A stretch of DNA of 60,743 nt, filler included, from Sphacelaria rigidula (taxonomy: Eukaryota), in NCBI GenBank assembly GCA_964200075.2. It is 7 parts of 7 records of this genome, joined end to end, with 100 filler letters (N's around TTAATTAATTAA, not from the genome) between each part and the next. Parts side by side here need not be neighbours in the genome. Positions count along the whole stretch, not along the records: positions 8,693 to 17,284 come from CAXNAA020010659.1; positions 17,385 to 25,976 come from CAXNAA020010660.1; positions 26,077 to 34,668 come from CAXNAA020010661.1; 4 more parts are not named here. One strand, 5' to 3'. Below, piece by piece: positions 12,791 through 26,450 of the stretch. Made by a program: the position numbers and the translations under genes. The notes beneath the pieces are model-generated. The model had not been told where the DNA came from. It did not search any database and worked only from the letters and a program-made list of their open reading frames with translations. The first letter of the stretch is position 1, and every line of letters starts with the position of its first letter.

Positions 12791-13589
12791 CGTTTTCAGA
12801 TATTTCTAAGTTTTTTCGTGGGCTGTTTGACGGATGGATGATCCTTCCGAAAGCCAGAGTGGGCGTCCGAAAAAGCGCCGTAAATAACGCTGGAACCCCC
12901 TCGGAAAAAAGTACAGCAAAACTCTCCGAGGTGGCATAATCCGCAATGCCCCGTACTGCTGTACTATGCTCTGGCGAAAACTAGCGCTAGAACGCCCAAG
13001 ATTTATTTTTCATACGAGTAGGTTTTTTCATTGAGAAGTTGTTTTCATACTACTTATGAAAATTCCCTCAAGCTGTCGCGCTACGATGTCACGACCCGTC
13101 TTTGCTGTAAATTACCTACATACCGATACATTAAGCCCGTGTGTAACGAATGTTTATTCAGCGCCGAAAGGCGGTGTGCGCGTCCCAGCAGTACCAACTA
13201 CCTAGACAAGAGGCCTAAACATGTGCAGGGGAAGACACCATCACCATGCAGAAAATTTAGTCACATCTGCTCCATCTTCAGAAAAAAATTTATGCCAGAT
13301 GCCGTTGCGATGGGCAATAGTTGGTGTATTCCGTCTGTTGCCCATGTTCAGGGCTTTCATTCAAGCCTCGGATCGTTGCTGAACTCCTGGTATGTCAAGA
13401 GGTATGTCCACGTATGATGGGTACCAAATCACAGCTGTTTATATTGTTCGCTGGTCGCAACGCAGAAAATGACTGACGATTTACGTAGTCTAATTCTGTG
13501 CGTTTTATTTAATTCAATGTAGAGGCTACCCTACGGGCGTGGAGCCGGTATACCAGTTGTTCCCAGGGGGCGGCAAGTGGTGAGTTTTT

Positions 13590-13866
13590 GAGTAGTTTTA
13601 CGGTAAGGCTGCACGAACACTGTCTGGGGTTTGAATTGTTAGGAGCCCTCTATCCCATCCACAAAATGACTTGAGAAATGTATGACATCACGTCACGAAT
13701 AGCGTTCCAATCCGCTACTGTACTGTACTATACCGTAGTGATATCCCGGATTAATTTGAAAGCGGTAATGTGCTAACCTATACTCTTGTGTAGCTCTTGA
13801 CTTTGGGAGACTCTCAATGAGATAAGTCTGGGCCCAAATGTGCAACCCCTACCGTAGCATGACTCT
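13590..13866. mobile_element. MITE family A, divergent copy
   Basis: TACGGTAAGGCTGCAC...TGCAACCCCTACCGTAGCATGACTCT. Confidence 0.6.
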
Positions 13867-14635
13867 TCGAGGAGGTGGAGGTGCCCTATCACAGAGAGAC
13901 TAAAAAGCTTTCGAACTCAACCTTGTCTGAAGGTTTCCAAAGGAAAATTATAAGTAAGCCCGAAGACAAGGAAGTGACGATGTTGCATTTTGATTGCTGT
14001 GATTGGTCGATTTTTCGGTCACTCTGTTTCCCTACAGATCAACTACCTCGCAGCCTGGCCGTATTTCACCTTTTGGGTAACGGCCACTCAACCTGGGGTT
14101 GGCGTCGGTTGGTATCGACGCTGTGAAACACGCCACTCACTGCATAAGCTAGGCAATCAAGTTACCATTTGTTTTCGTGCTTGTGTCTTTTTTCCGTAAC
14201 TGTGATGGTGGAGCGAGGTCATATTGTGCGGAGTGGAGACCCTCAACTCCACGCAAATGGGATGATCGTACTATGTAGTGTTTGAATGGTGGGACACCCA
14301 TGAGGCAGTGTGTAACCCGTGGCTGTCTCTGTAAGTGGTGTTATCGGAAAATGAAGCATTGGAGGCTGTCATCCATATGCAATATCATCAGTACAATTCC
14401 GACCTTACAATCTTGGCAGGATGAAGCTCGCTCTTCATGCGACTCGCCGAACACATCACGGCGCTTCTCGCTTGGTGATTGATTGCGAGCCTAGTCCGGC
14501 GAAACCCGACGTGCTCCGTACCGGCTTTGTAGGGATGCGAGGTCAATGGTCACATTACTACGGCATGCACGATCATGAGTACACCCCGCCTTCTTGCGCT
14601 GTCAAAATGATATTAGCACACTGTGTAACTACACA

Positions 14636-14886
14636 GCTACGGTAGGGGTGCACAAATATTTTCTGAGGTTAGAATTGTTCGGAGCCCTTTATCTCATGCA
14701 AAACACGACCTATGACAATATGTGAAAGTACGCCAGGATTACCTCTCCAATATGCTGGGGGTATCTCGAATGAATTTGCAAACCTGGATGCCCTCATCCA
14801 TATTTTTGTGCATCTAGAATCGTTAGGAGCCCCTGAACTAGACATAATTTCGCGAAAAAAGTGCACCCCTACCGTAGCATTGCTCT
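14636..14886. mobile_element. MITE family A copy
   Basis: GCTACGGTAGGGGTGCAC...GTGCACCCCTACCGTAGCATTGCTCT; interior similar to 30596-30851. Confidence 0.8.
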
Positions 14887-17384
14887 AGTGTTGTTCAGCA
14901 CTAAGCAACAGAGACAGCAACAGTGTGCAGTAGTAGGCACCGTGTTCAGTGGTGAGCGATGACACGCTGATTGCTCCCATGCCGTCGTATTCAGCCGCTG
15001 ATGAAGCAAGTTTTCATGACCGATAGAGACCATCAAGAAAAACGCATAGTTCAGACGATGTGACGTGCTACAAGATAACAACACCACGCTCGAGGCGTGT
15101 CAACACTGCGAAAAGCATACATGGATAGAACGAGAGGGTGTATGTTGTTTGGAAGTATCGCAGCAACGAGTGGTTGATGCAAGTGTGCATCGCACTTCCA
15201 CAGCATCAGAGCATGCTTACCCCCACGGAAACAGCTCAGCGAAGACACACATACGTGTCACTTGACTCCGCTGAACAGTCAATTACATCACCCTATATGA
15301 CGAACCACTCCATGGGATTGACTCTGTAGTGGAGAGGAAAGTGATGCCATGCTGTTGTGGAGCCATTGATGAAGGGATATATCATCAGCGAGACCCCATC
15401 ACAGCGAGACCCCATCACAGCGTGAAAGTCGACGACAAAGAGGGGAGTAGCTCACTCGCTTGAAGCACGCGGAAGGGACGGCAGCCGCGACGTGAGCCAC
15501 GAATATGCTTCCCAACGATGGTTGTACGTTGCAGTGTGGAAGGGGTTTATATTATGCGTAATATGCACTTCTTTTGGTTCGGTGTTGCTCTCGAAATCAA
15601 CTCTACTGTAATTATGAAGCACGCGCTATACATGCTGTATGACCCGTGACCCGCGCAAGAATTAATATGGGTAGGTTTCACAGGCTATATCTGCTGCATC
15701 TTCGCAGAATAGTGAGATGACCCTGCGGTTGCAGACACCGGTATGTAGTCGAGTCAGTCCCATCACCCTATATGGCGGACGCCATCACCCTCCTCATCCG
15801 TACGGAAACACACATGCAAGTGCGCGTGGCGTGCAAGATGCATTGATGCACCTGCGCTGTGTATGTTTTCGGGCTGGTCGTTGTTCTTCGATTATATGCC
15901 GTCGTGTGTTTTGTCGAAGGGGGAGGTTAAATTATTCGAGGTAACTTGATTAGTAGGGTATCGTGTATGCTGCGGAGGCACATGCCTTCCGCCGGACGAA
16001 CGCGATTGCGACCGGGCTGGGGAACCTCCTCAAAATGGGTGCGGTGGTGGGCAGTTTTCGGAATTGGGTGAACCACACAGTGTTTTGACAATACCACAGG
16101 TCATTTATGATGTATCCTGTCCTCAAACATACGCACCGCAGGGCGTTGTGAGCTATATTGAAAACACCCGTGCGCTGTGTTGTGATAAGACAAGGAGTAT
16201 GAAGTTGCCTTGTCATTTTCCAAGATACAGACATATAACTGGCGGATAGGAGAACTAGATTTTAGGTGCATATTTGCACGTGCACAGTGCAGCTGCTGCA
16301 CAAACTGCATAGTTGCGGTTCGGAAGCACGTACGTCGTGGTCGCTACCCGCTGTTGGATGACGTGGATTTGTAGGCACACAATAATCGTTTTCGGTTGAG
16401 TAATGACCAGTAGCAGCTGCTGAAGGATGAAGGCCTGCGTGTACTTTCTACAACTTGATATAATTATGCACAAGATTCTGACTGATGACCGAGTGGTGAC
16501 TGAACCTCTTTTGGGCCGGAAGACAGATCTCTGGTGCAGGAGCCCTCCCGCCCCACTCTGTTTTTTAACTGTCGATTTGGGATTGGGCATTACAGTAGAG
16601 AGTATTTGAACACATCTTCAAGAGTCTGACACATCTGCTGTACACCCAGCCGCCACCTGCTTTGGTGAACGAGTCATCAACAACAAAGCTATCTTGTCAG
16701 TCAGGACTTTGCTTGGTGAGTATACCATACTGTTGATCTGACTCTGCACTATGATTGTGATGAATCTCCAGGAGATTGACTGTGAGCATCCAGGAGTTTA
16801 CAACTCTGCCAGCAGTCACGCAAGGCTGATCATAGTCTAGGTATCACTCTACTGTCTTCAAACCAGTTGGGTTTGAGCTAATCTCATTGCAGCGCCCTGT
16901 TTTGGCGAATGTCTCAAAACGTGTGTGCTAGTGGGAAATTAAAAAAAATCGTAAAATGCCCATTGTTTCGAAAACACCATGGGTGATTTATCACCCACTC
17001 TGTCCTGAAGTACATTCACGGTGACGTGTTTTGGGTGATTTCCAGTACATGCGGACGGCAGGTGTTCACAGATTTTCAGAATAGGGGCGCTCTGGCGCAA
17101 TTTTCGACATTTAGTGAAGCGCAGTGTTTTGAGACAACATACTCGGGTTGGCGCTGTAGGATTTAGCCAAACCAGTACAACTGTCATCTGTGAGGGGGGG
17201 GGGGGGGGGGGGGGGGAAAGTATAGTTGTTGGCGTGGGTGGTGGGGGGGGGGAGGTTTTTCTTTTTGAAAAAAAAAAATGAACANNNNNNNNNNNNNNNN
17301 NNNNNNNNNNNNNNNNNNNNNNNNNNNNTTAATTAATTAANNNNNNNNNNNNNNNNNNNNNNNNNNNNNNNNNNNNNNNNNNNN

Positions 17385-18013
17385 TGGGAAATCTCATTAA
17401 GGGCAGGGATCCTGACCTCGGGAGTCACGGTTGTCAAGTCAGAGCAGAGTATCGTCAACGAATAGGAGCCAACCCACCTTGAATACCACATCGGGTGCCG
17501 GTCCCTCATCATCCGCCGAAGAGAGCCAAGCGATGATTTTATCCAATCGACACCTGTTACCGAGGGTTTTGCGTGCAAGCGCATTTGTTTTTTCGGCGAA
17601 TTACGACCTACAAAAATACGACGGCTTGATGATGAGTAGCAGTCCCTGCAGCTCACGGCCAACACCGTAAACTCGTTTCAAGTCATGGTCAGTACGTCGA
17701 ACAACGGTTCACAGCGATCCTCCAGCTCCTCGGCACAGTCGAGTCGGCAACATTGGCATCACCTACCATACCCTTGCGTAGCTCCCCGGCAACACGGTTG
17801 ATACTATTCAATGTCGCGCACATATCCCCCTATCCAGCTCTGTATCGCTCAACGTCGGCGTACAGCTTCGGAAATCGCCCACATCCACCATTCTGATTCC
17901 ATATCTCATGTGCAATCCTTCTCTCGATCTGCGAACCTTCTACTCTGCCTGCTTCCGAAGATCTTTTACGACCGCCACCTCTCTGCCGTTGAAGACCAAT
18001 TACCAGAATTCGG
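17385..18013 (-). pseudogene. probable decayed downstream exon of the unknown spliced gene
   Basis: Acceptor CAACTAG|C at 18013 is phase-compatible with a donor AC|GTAAAA near 18181; reads RILVIGLQRQ..IERRIAHEIWNQNGGCGRFPKLYADVERY, then an in-frame TAG and frameshifts. Confidence 0.35.
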
Positions 18014-18177
18014 CTAGTTGTACATATGTCACACGTGATGTCACCTTATCGACACAGCATGAGCCCACCCGTGTAACCTTCGTTCTCGCCTGGTGCGACG
18101 GGATATGGTTCCGAGGTGATACATAATTTACCCTCAATACGAGGTCACTCAAAACGATAAACGCCACTTCCTTTTTT

Positions 18178-21100
18178 TTACGTGCCAGGATTGTACCTGT
18201 GATGACTGAGAAACTCGGTTGCCCCGGCCATGTTTGCTCCCGGACCTCCGATGCAGTCCGCGACGGTTAGGCTCTGCCGCGAATTTGGTGGATCAAGGTG
18301 ATGTTGGTACTGCTGCTGCTGCTGAGGCCTCCGGGCTGGTGTTCCAGAGCCCACTGATACTCCAGCGTATTCAAGGTGTTGTTGCTGTTCCCGTGTTTCA
18401 GATGTTGCAGAACTGCTCAGTATGGAAGTGTCTTCATCTACCGTCCTAACTGAAGAGGTCCGGGGTTGATCATCTCTATCCCGAGCACCACAAGAGGACA
18501 TCTGCTCTTCGTCTAGACTCAGCCCGGAGAGTCTTTTCCCCACGCTTTTCATGTCGGAAGCATCAGCGCCGCTTGAGGGTCGATCTTCAATTGATGCGCT
18601 CGTAGGTGAATAATTCTGCCGTGTTCCATGTTTGTTGGATTGCGTACTAACCTGGAGAGCAGATGGTGCAGGCACGATAAGGCGGGTGCGGTCGTGAGAC
18701 CCCCCACCGTTTATACGAGGAGAGCGGGTGTCTCTCCGCCGATGCTCCTCGTTACAACTCTGGTGTGTGGATCATGCCACCACCAAAGTACGATGGAGCC
18801 ACACCTGCACAAAACGAGGCAAGCATACCCCTGCCTCAACCGGCACTAATAGTAGTCCGCCAAAACTTTTGTACATACCTCACGAGGCACAGTTTTCAGA
18901 CGCCTCACACTATACTACATCTCGTTATCGTAGGGCAAAAACACGCCATATATTGTTATCGTGTAGATCTTAAAACCGATTCCTTCACACTCCCGACCGG
19001 ACAAACACATGAATACACACAGACCACACACATACACACGCAAGAAGCACCCACACACCTGTTTTTGTATTCCCACCACCGGATCCACCTTCGCCACTCT
19101 GTCCTCTCTTTCACTGTCCTCCCTCCCTCTACCCACACTCATCCCGACATCGTTCCTCCCGACTCGAAACGCCCTTCCCACCCGATAAGTCGGGCACGGC
19201 CCAGCAATACCTACTTTGTCCGCGCCCGACTTACACTCGCTCGAGCACGTGCTCGAGCCTACTTCCGTCTTTACCCCCGAAGTCCCCTGCACCGCACCTC
19301 CACATTGCGTGCCCGCTCCCCTAGCTACTGTCGTCTCAACCCGCGATTGAATTGTCGCCAGAGTCTGAGCTAAGGATTTCCAGGGATACTCTCCGGCGTG
19401 TGTTGGTGATGACGACGGAGTCTCTGCGATTCCGGAAAGTCTTGAGGTGGAAGAGAATAAAGAACCAGCACCACCACCCGCCATGACACTGATACCGCTG
19501 ACACAAGGGGCCGCAGCGGCGGCGGGAGGGTTGGCTGCGCTTACGGGGTCCGCTTGTTCGTTCAGCACATCATCGCCATTACCACCGCCGTCACTGATGC
19601 CGACACGGCGTGGCCGTTGGTCATTCGTGGTGGTATGCTCACTCGTTTGGACCGAGTGCCGGAGCGCAACACCCTCCGTCACACTCGGGGACCAGGGGGG
19701 TGAAGGCGAAGCAGCAGCAGAAGGGGTGATCTTCGCGTGCGGTGCCCAACGAGACGCCGAAACGGCGGTGGTAAAGGAAGTGGTGGTGGTGATAGTAGGG
19801 GTGGAAAAGGAGTCACCAACCGCACCCGACAATGTCCCACCGGGGTTCATATGCTTACGCAGGGCCTTCACCGGGCGTGGATGGGGAGCATCATTGTCGT
19901 CGCTACACTCGTCATCTGCGTCGTCCATCGGCACATACGGTGGGCGATGAGTGGTACTGGCAGTGGTAGTGCCAGTGGTGCTGCACTCACCGGCACGCGA
20001 AGAAAATGCAGGAAGTCTCCTCGGAAGCTGAGAATGAGATCCGTCGGCCGGACGGGAGGAACGAAGATAGCCGGGGTGGGGGGGCAAATGAGAAGTTCAC
20101 GCTGATCAAGAAGAAAACATGAAAACAATATCTTATGAAGAACGGGGGCGGGGAGATTGCGAGGGTACGTGGTTCGTGACACAGGTAGGGAACGACACTG
20201 TAAAGCGTAGAACTGGGGTCTGCCGCGACGGTGTTACAATCTACGGCACTACATACGGCCAGGGCTTGGGATTACACGCGGGCAAGTCATGCGCTACATG
20301 GGGCCGATGGAATCAGGAACAACTTCAGAGGGTTGAACACAGGATTGTAAGAGCGAAAGCTACCCACGTGTACGAGATGCAAGAAGAAAAAGGCAGTATA
20401 CTCGGAAAGCTTGCGCCACATGGAGTGAAGCGGCCGAGTGCGCGTCGTTCCATGATTCTCTCTCGGGCTCGAGGTTGTACGGAACGGAATATGGAAACTG
20501 CTTCAAAATATGTGGGCGAAAAAGCGGGTACGGCTGCGAAGTCAGGACAACTCACGTCGGAAACAGACACCTATGGTGGAAGGCCGCCATGACTGCTTAC
20601 CTTAGACATGTGCGCTCGTCGTCGCGGGGATGGGATTTTCGAAGCAGCTTGAGCGTGAACACGGACCCCTTGCTCCTCGACCCCCGTAGTGCAAGGCGTA
20701 GTGGAAGTGCTAGGCCTTGCTGCTTCTGGAACAACCGAAGACGGTGTTGCTGCGGTCGTTGTATCCATTGCATCCTCGCCGACAGATGAGGAAGAGCTTC
20801 CCGAAACTAGTGCCGGTCGATACGACGAAACCACAGCTGCAGTATTTGTTGGCTCTGGATCCAGGGTCGGCAACGGGATTCCTACCTCCTCCGCCACCGC
20901 CAGATTCGCAGCAACCTCGCACCCTACGTCAATGTCGATGCTTTCGGTTCTTGTCGAGACGAGACGGGGGCGTCCAGTGCTAGGCCATTCATCTGTGATC
21001 GGCATGTCGGTGTCCAGCACAAGCCCATTGGCGCTGTCGTAGACGTATGTGTCGATTTCCCCGTTGCGACCGAGCAAGAGGGCTTGTTCACCATCCGAAC

Positions 21101-21449
21101 CCTTGAATACCTGCTCTCCTATCCGCTCGATTGTGGCTTTGACGCCGCGCCTCCTCGACCTTTTCCTGGTAGATTTCGCAGGCACAAACTTCTCTCCTGC
21201 CCGCTGGATTTCCATCGGCATTGAGCTGCATGTTGCCCCCAACGCGGTCTTAACGATCGCATCCACTAACCGCCCCGTTGACTTGATCTTAAGATTAATA
21301 AAGAAGTGTTCGCGCCCCACGCAACCGAACACGTGGTTGATGTCTAATGTCTTGCCTGTGACCTGACTCTCTTTAAGCTTCTCAAAGTCCTGCGCAGTTG
21401 TGTGTTCGTTCACCGACAAGTATAGGATCGGTGTCGGCGGTAACGTCAT
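18178..21449 (-). CDS. spliced hypothetical protein (globular N-terminal ~155 aa plus long S/T/P-rich low-complexity region)
   Basis: Three long ORFs joined by phase-0 GT-AG introns: 21449-20601 (AAG|GTAAGC), 20027-19059 (TCTCAG|CTT...CAG|GTGTGT), 18651-~18180 (CTCCAG|GTT); no family recognised; start codon uncertain. Confidence 0.65.
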
Positions 21450-24171
21450 CCGGGGGGAGTACGAGGTGTTCGAGACAGGGGCGGATTTGTATCAGCTCTG
21501 ACATTCCTTCCCACAAGATTCCGCGCGTTGTACTATGCGTCCTCGAGGCTTCGAGTCACCGCACCGTTCGTTTCACGTTAGAACTTCGTGAGGTGTGTGT
21601 TCCTCGAACTCCTCCTGCGCATTGCATCAATGTGGAACTTTGAAGGGACATCAATTAGGTTCGTGTAGAGTTTTGTGAGAACCTTCACGATTTGACTGCG
21701 ACGTTTGCGGGATCTCTGCTACGGGAGCTTTCGTACACGGAAACATCAGAACACAAACATTCGTATTGTCGTGCATGGGCTCTAGATAACTACGCGGTGC
21801 AATACACCCCGATTATGGGCTAACGCAAAGCTGTGATGTGCCTCTGCCGCTCGTCAATTTACACAACGGTATCGGTAAGAACTACCGCATGGCGTATGCA
21901 GAGGAAATCCGCTTGTACTCAAGTCCATCAGCTCGTCTTGGGCATTCCGGGATCCTTACACAGGACAGCAGCATAAAATTTCAATCAGCAAAAGCAATTC
22001 AGCGTGACAGTACTATCTAAGATCCAGTGGGTCATTCGACAAGGTTTCATGGTACCGTTCCAACCAACTATAACCCAATTCCCCAGTGTTGTATGCGAAC
22101 TACCGATGAACGGTCTCCGCATCGACCCGACTGGAAGCCGAGAGCAATCAATTTCATCTCCAATTCGAACCCAACAGCATACACACGCGGCCATTCGGCT
22201 AGCCTCGAAAATCCTCTAGTGGATATTCCAAACGTCTCCCTACATGCCGTCCGTTTCGAAACTCCTCACTAGAGGGTCTTGAGCATTCGCAATCCTTCAG
22301 AGGATTTTAAATGTTGGGGTTTCCCTCGAAGGTCTGTGTCAATATCGATGTCCTCGGGATTGTTTCTCAAGGCACTCGTGCTGTGGAAACCCGGGATTTG
22401 TAGAGGCTGTTCAAATCCCATATACCAGCATATGGGATTTGAGCAGCACAAGGTGCTCGAAAGTCCTTATTTTGCCCACTAACTTATCCTGAAATTGGGC
22501 AAAAGGAAGGACTCTCAAACACCCTCTGTTCTCAAAATCCCATATTTGCTGTACTGCTGTTGTCGGTCTATGAGATCCGAACAGCAGAGGTTGATCAAGA
22601 ACCCTCGCGTCTTGCTTCCCAATTCATATCAATTGGGCGACACGTGAGAATATTTGAACAGCCTCTACTGTACATATCCCATACACTGACTGCCAGTACA
22701 TATACACGGCCGTGCTGTGATAGTCGTTGACAGTTGACATGCAGAATATACCTCTATACTTTTGGTCTCTGTTTATACTTTGATAGGGATAAGAATCACT
22801 ACAAGCGCGGTATGGTGCTGTACTGGACCGTACCATACCGTGCAGGACAGCACCATACCGTGCAGGAACGTGCGGTGCCGTACTGCAGAGTACGCGGTAT
22901 GCGCTACGTGTGGCTGCAATTTGCATGCCTGGAAGTTCGGATATGAAGGTGTTACATACCCTCAGCTGTGGTACACACGTTATTTCCAACAACTGTGCAA
23001 GCCAATATGCATGTGTGCGTGTTTCGTACGGTGGGATGTGAAAGAGGAGCGGGTGTTGGAATTCAAGAAATAACTGCCCCGAATACACGAGTATATACTC
23101 GAGATTAGCGGTAGAACCAGTTACGGTTCAACATTAGCAACAAAGGTGGTCGCTGTAACCGAAGAGGTCGAACGTTCATCGTAGAATAATGGCTCATCAT
23201 GTACTGTATGGCTCGTATACAGAAAGTCAGCATATTGTCAGAGTAGTCAATAGTTTAGTGCGTAGAGTCTAATGTATCAAAAGTTTGGATGAACGGCTTC
23301 ATAGTATCCAAGAGTTTTGTTGAGAGATTGACATAGCCCTCCGCTATTACTCTCCGGCCCCACCCACCTCACTAGGGCCTACCAGCTCATCAGTTTTTTG
23401 TAGATTAGAGACTGTGTTTGATTTGAGTTCGGCCAAGTGAAGCGACAAGTGTAAGCCACCCTTTTTCCTTCATTGCACAAAGCAAGAATTTAACCAACAC
23501 TGTGCAGCCTCAGCGAGCTCTCTTGTCAGAGCTGGGTTCACGAGCTGAACCAACTGTTCCTGCCAAGTTGACAGTCAAACACTGTGTACGGTACATAAGC
23601 CACATCGATATTTCTAATAGCGGACAACGTTCACTACAGGGAGCGCAGGATTCTCTGTACTCTCTGCCTACAATGCGACGCGAGAAGGACTTGAGAAACG
23701 TGAATCTTTGAATACTTATACTGCCTGCACTGTCTATGAATGTATACGCAAGTCGGTCGTCCACCCTACCACGCATTTCCGTCGCCGATCTCTACGCAGA
23801 AAGAAGATGGCCGAGTTTTCGCCAGCAAAAAAAAAACACACCATACCAAACTACTGCAATATTATCTATCCCTGCGCCCAACTCTTGCTCTATGCTGCAG
23901 GGTTGCGGTGGTGGCTGGGAATACGTTGTTTGGGGTTTGCATGGTTCTGCGAACGGCGGGTGGTATATCAAGCGTGGTGGTCTACTGCAAGATCGCTGAA
24001 GTCGCAAAGGTGTTCTGGAGGCCATTTAGACACGATTGTCCTCCAGAGACTTGATGTGGTGCAAACCCCAGAGGTGAATTGACACACCGGAGAGGATCAT
24101 TTTCCCTTTTTTTCCCGGAGACACCCTCAGTAAAATCACGTGCTCAAGGAGATAATGTGTCCTCTATAATA

Positions 24172-24615
24172 AACACGGGGCTTTACAAATTGGGGATGGA
24201 TTTTTTATTGAGGATGAGAACGCGAAGAATTAACATTTTCGTGTCCACATCAAATCTTCGAAATACAGTTCCACACCTTCACCTACTGGTAGCTATGGAC
24301 AACTACTACACGCCACACAAATTTGGATCCTGATAACCGACATGTTGGGGCACTAGGTGAAGAAACAATATTTGGGGATTCAGATGATCCGATCAGATCG
24401 CTGAAATTCCCCAAAGTTGGTTTTTCAGCTAGGACCCCAACATTTCGGTTATCGAAATTCAAATTTCTATGGCGTGTAGTAGTTGTCAATAGCTACCAGC
24501 AAGTGAAGAAATGGAACCATATTTCGAAGATTTGGTGTAAATACGAAGATTTTAGATCTCCGGGTTTCTCATCCTCGATAAAAACGTCCATCCCCAATTT
24601 GTAAAATCCCGTATT
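24172..24615. mobile_element. foldback MITE family B, copy 1
   Basis: AACACGGG..TTACAAATTGGGGATGG / CCATCCCCAATTTGTAA..CCCGTATT; arms of ~200 bp; 4-bp duplication AATA. Confidence 0.85.
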
Positions 24616-25696
24616 AATAGCGTCTTCGTGTACTGTCCACTCCAGAGGTGTTGTGATCCACTAGAGGGTATATTATCCTCCGGAGGGCCATTTTGCCTTC
24701 TAATTTGGAGGGGGAAAACGCGATAGTGGTATTTCAAGGAGGACCCGATTGGCCGCGTGTATGCTCTGTCGAGCAGTCTTGAGGAATGTAGTGGTAACGC
24801 CCAAAGCCCAGATTCGTGCCTCAAGTGTTCACGCGAGCTCTCGGATATACTACTCTTACAAATCACTTTTCTTTTTGAACGGCTTTCCTGTACACAGGTG
24901 TCATTTTGTGACGCACGACAGTGAAGCATGTCCCCGCCCCCAGAAGTGTCAGGTGGCAGTATTTCCTTCTTCCGTTTCTCTGTGATAAACCGCACTTTCC
25001 CGTTTCCCTTATGGGAATTGACCCTTTCGTATCCGCCACCGCTCCCCTTCGCGGAATTTGCCCTTTATCTGCGGAATTTACTCTGGGACCAGTGATTTCC
25101 CTAGCCGTTTGCCTCTCCTTCCGGCCAGTGAGCTGCTCATCAGAATCTCATATTTCCCTACTCGGAGTTTAACGCAGCCTGTTTCCCCGGCACCAGTGAC
25201 TTACTCTTCACCAGTCTATCTAACGGAACCTGTCACCCCGACAGCAGTGACGTTCCGAGCCGCTTCCCTCCCTTCCGCCTCTCCATTTCGGCCGTCAGCA
25301 CCTCTCTCGGATAGTCACAACTACCTTTCGATTTCACCCTCTCCCTTCTTCGTGGCTACCTACCTCTCGATCATTCCACCACTACCCAGCGCTCCCTTTC
25401 TGCAGCACTTTGTTTTTTTGGAGCTCGCCGCGTGCCACGCCGTGACACAAGCGTGCCCCACGTACTCAATGGGAGGAATGTGCTGTGAGATCCAAGTAAA
25501 AAACTGCGTAAGGATCCCGATCTAAATTGCTGTTGCGGTATTTTTCAATGTTTCCAAGGGAAGGTCGAGTAGAGTATACTCAATACTCCATATTTCGAAG
25601 AGTCATACTTCTAGTACTCAACTTATGAGTAGAGTATTTGAGGTCGTACCCAATTTACTCAAGATTTTGAGTAGAGATTTTGAGATCATACTCAAT

Positions 25697-25976
25697 GGTC
25701 GCCCCGGTGGCTCAGTTGGTAACCTCGTAACCTTCTGACGGCTGAGTAGTGGGGTTCGATTCCCGGAGCGATCTGGAATTTCCTCTCACGCCATGCCCAA
25801 CAGTGGAGAACGACCATGTCTTGGGTACACAAAATTCGACCTGACGGTCGACGAGGGGAAGGGACTGCTAAACCCCTCACGCGACAAAAAATAAAGGCAA
25901 GCACCGCAGAAGGAAGGTGGGGCACTAAAAACAAAACAAAAAAAGAAGCTCCTGTGTTGACCTTCCTCCTGTGTGG
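25697..25976 (+). mobile_element. tRNA-derived SINE family 1, truncated by contig end
   Basis: A box TGGCTCAGTTGG (25708), B box GGTTCGATTCC (25753); body matches 52718-53081 in reverse. Confidence 0.85.
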
Positions 25977-26450
25977 NNNNNNNNNNNNNNNNNNNNNNNN
26001 NNNNNNNNNNNNNNNNNNNNTTAATTAATTAANNNNNNNNNNNNNNNNNNNNNNNNNNNNNNNNNNNNNNNNNNNNGAAGGGTGAGCTGCACCCTGCTAA
26101 GATTGCTCGACCCGAAGCCTATTGATTATCTTGCATTTGGATGACAGCCTACAATGAGTTGCTTTATTGTCTGGTATAGCCACTTTCAGAGATAGCCACA
26201 GCTTATTTACCCTGCCTCATGGGTGTCTCACCATTGGGGGGGGGGCTACGTGTTCGGAATGTTTCTCCCCGCTGCCCTCTGAGTATAGCGAACTCTTTTC
26301 ATTATCCCACAATGTATGCTTTCAGAACTCCGGACTATCAATTCTAGGGTGACGGTATTCATCACTGTGACCTCGCCATTTTAGCGGTCCCGATGCCATG
26401 TAGCACGTCCCGATAGACATGCGTGTTCCACGCTTTGTATTCCTGGCAAG

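Noticed and set aside
15950-16620. Cys-rich coding exons (VCCGGTCLPPDERDC..., VIYDVSCPQTY...)
   Set aside because: I could not build a consistent spliced frame or recognise a family; at best a decayed remnant.
25697-25775. tRNA gene (also 40606-40680 and 58135-58205)
   Set aside because: A/B boxes are present, but there is no convincing acceptor or anticodon stem and a non-tRNA body follows (repeated for 25697 and 58135); these are SINE heads.
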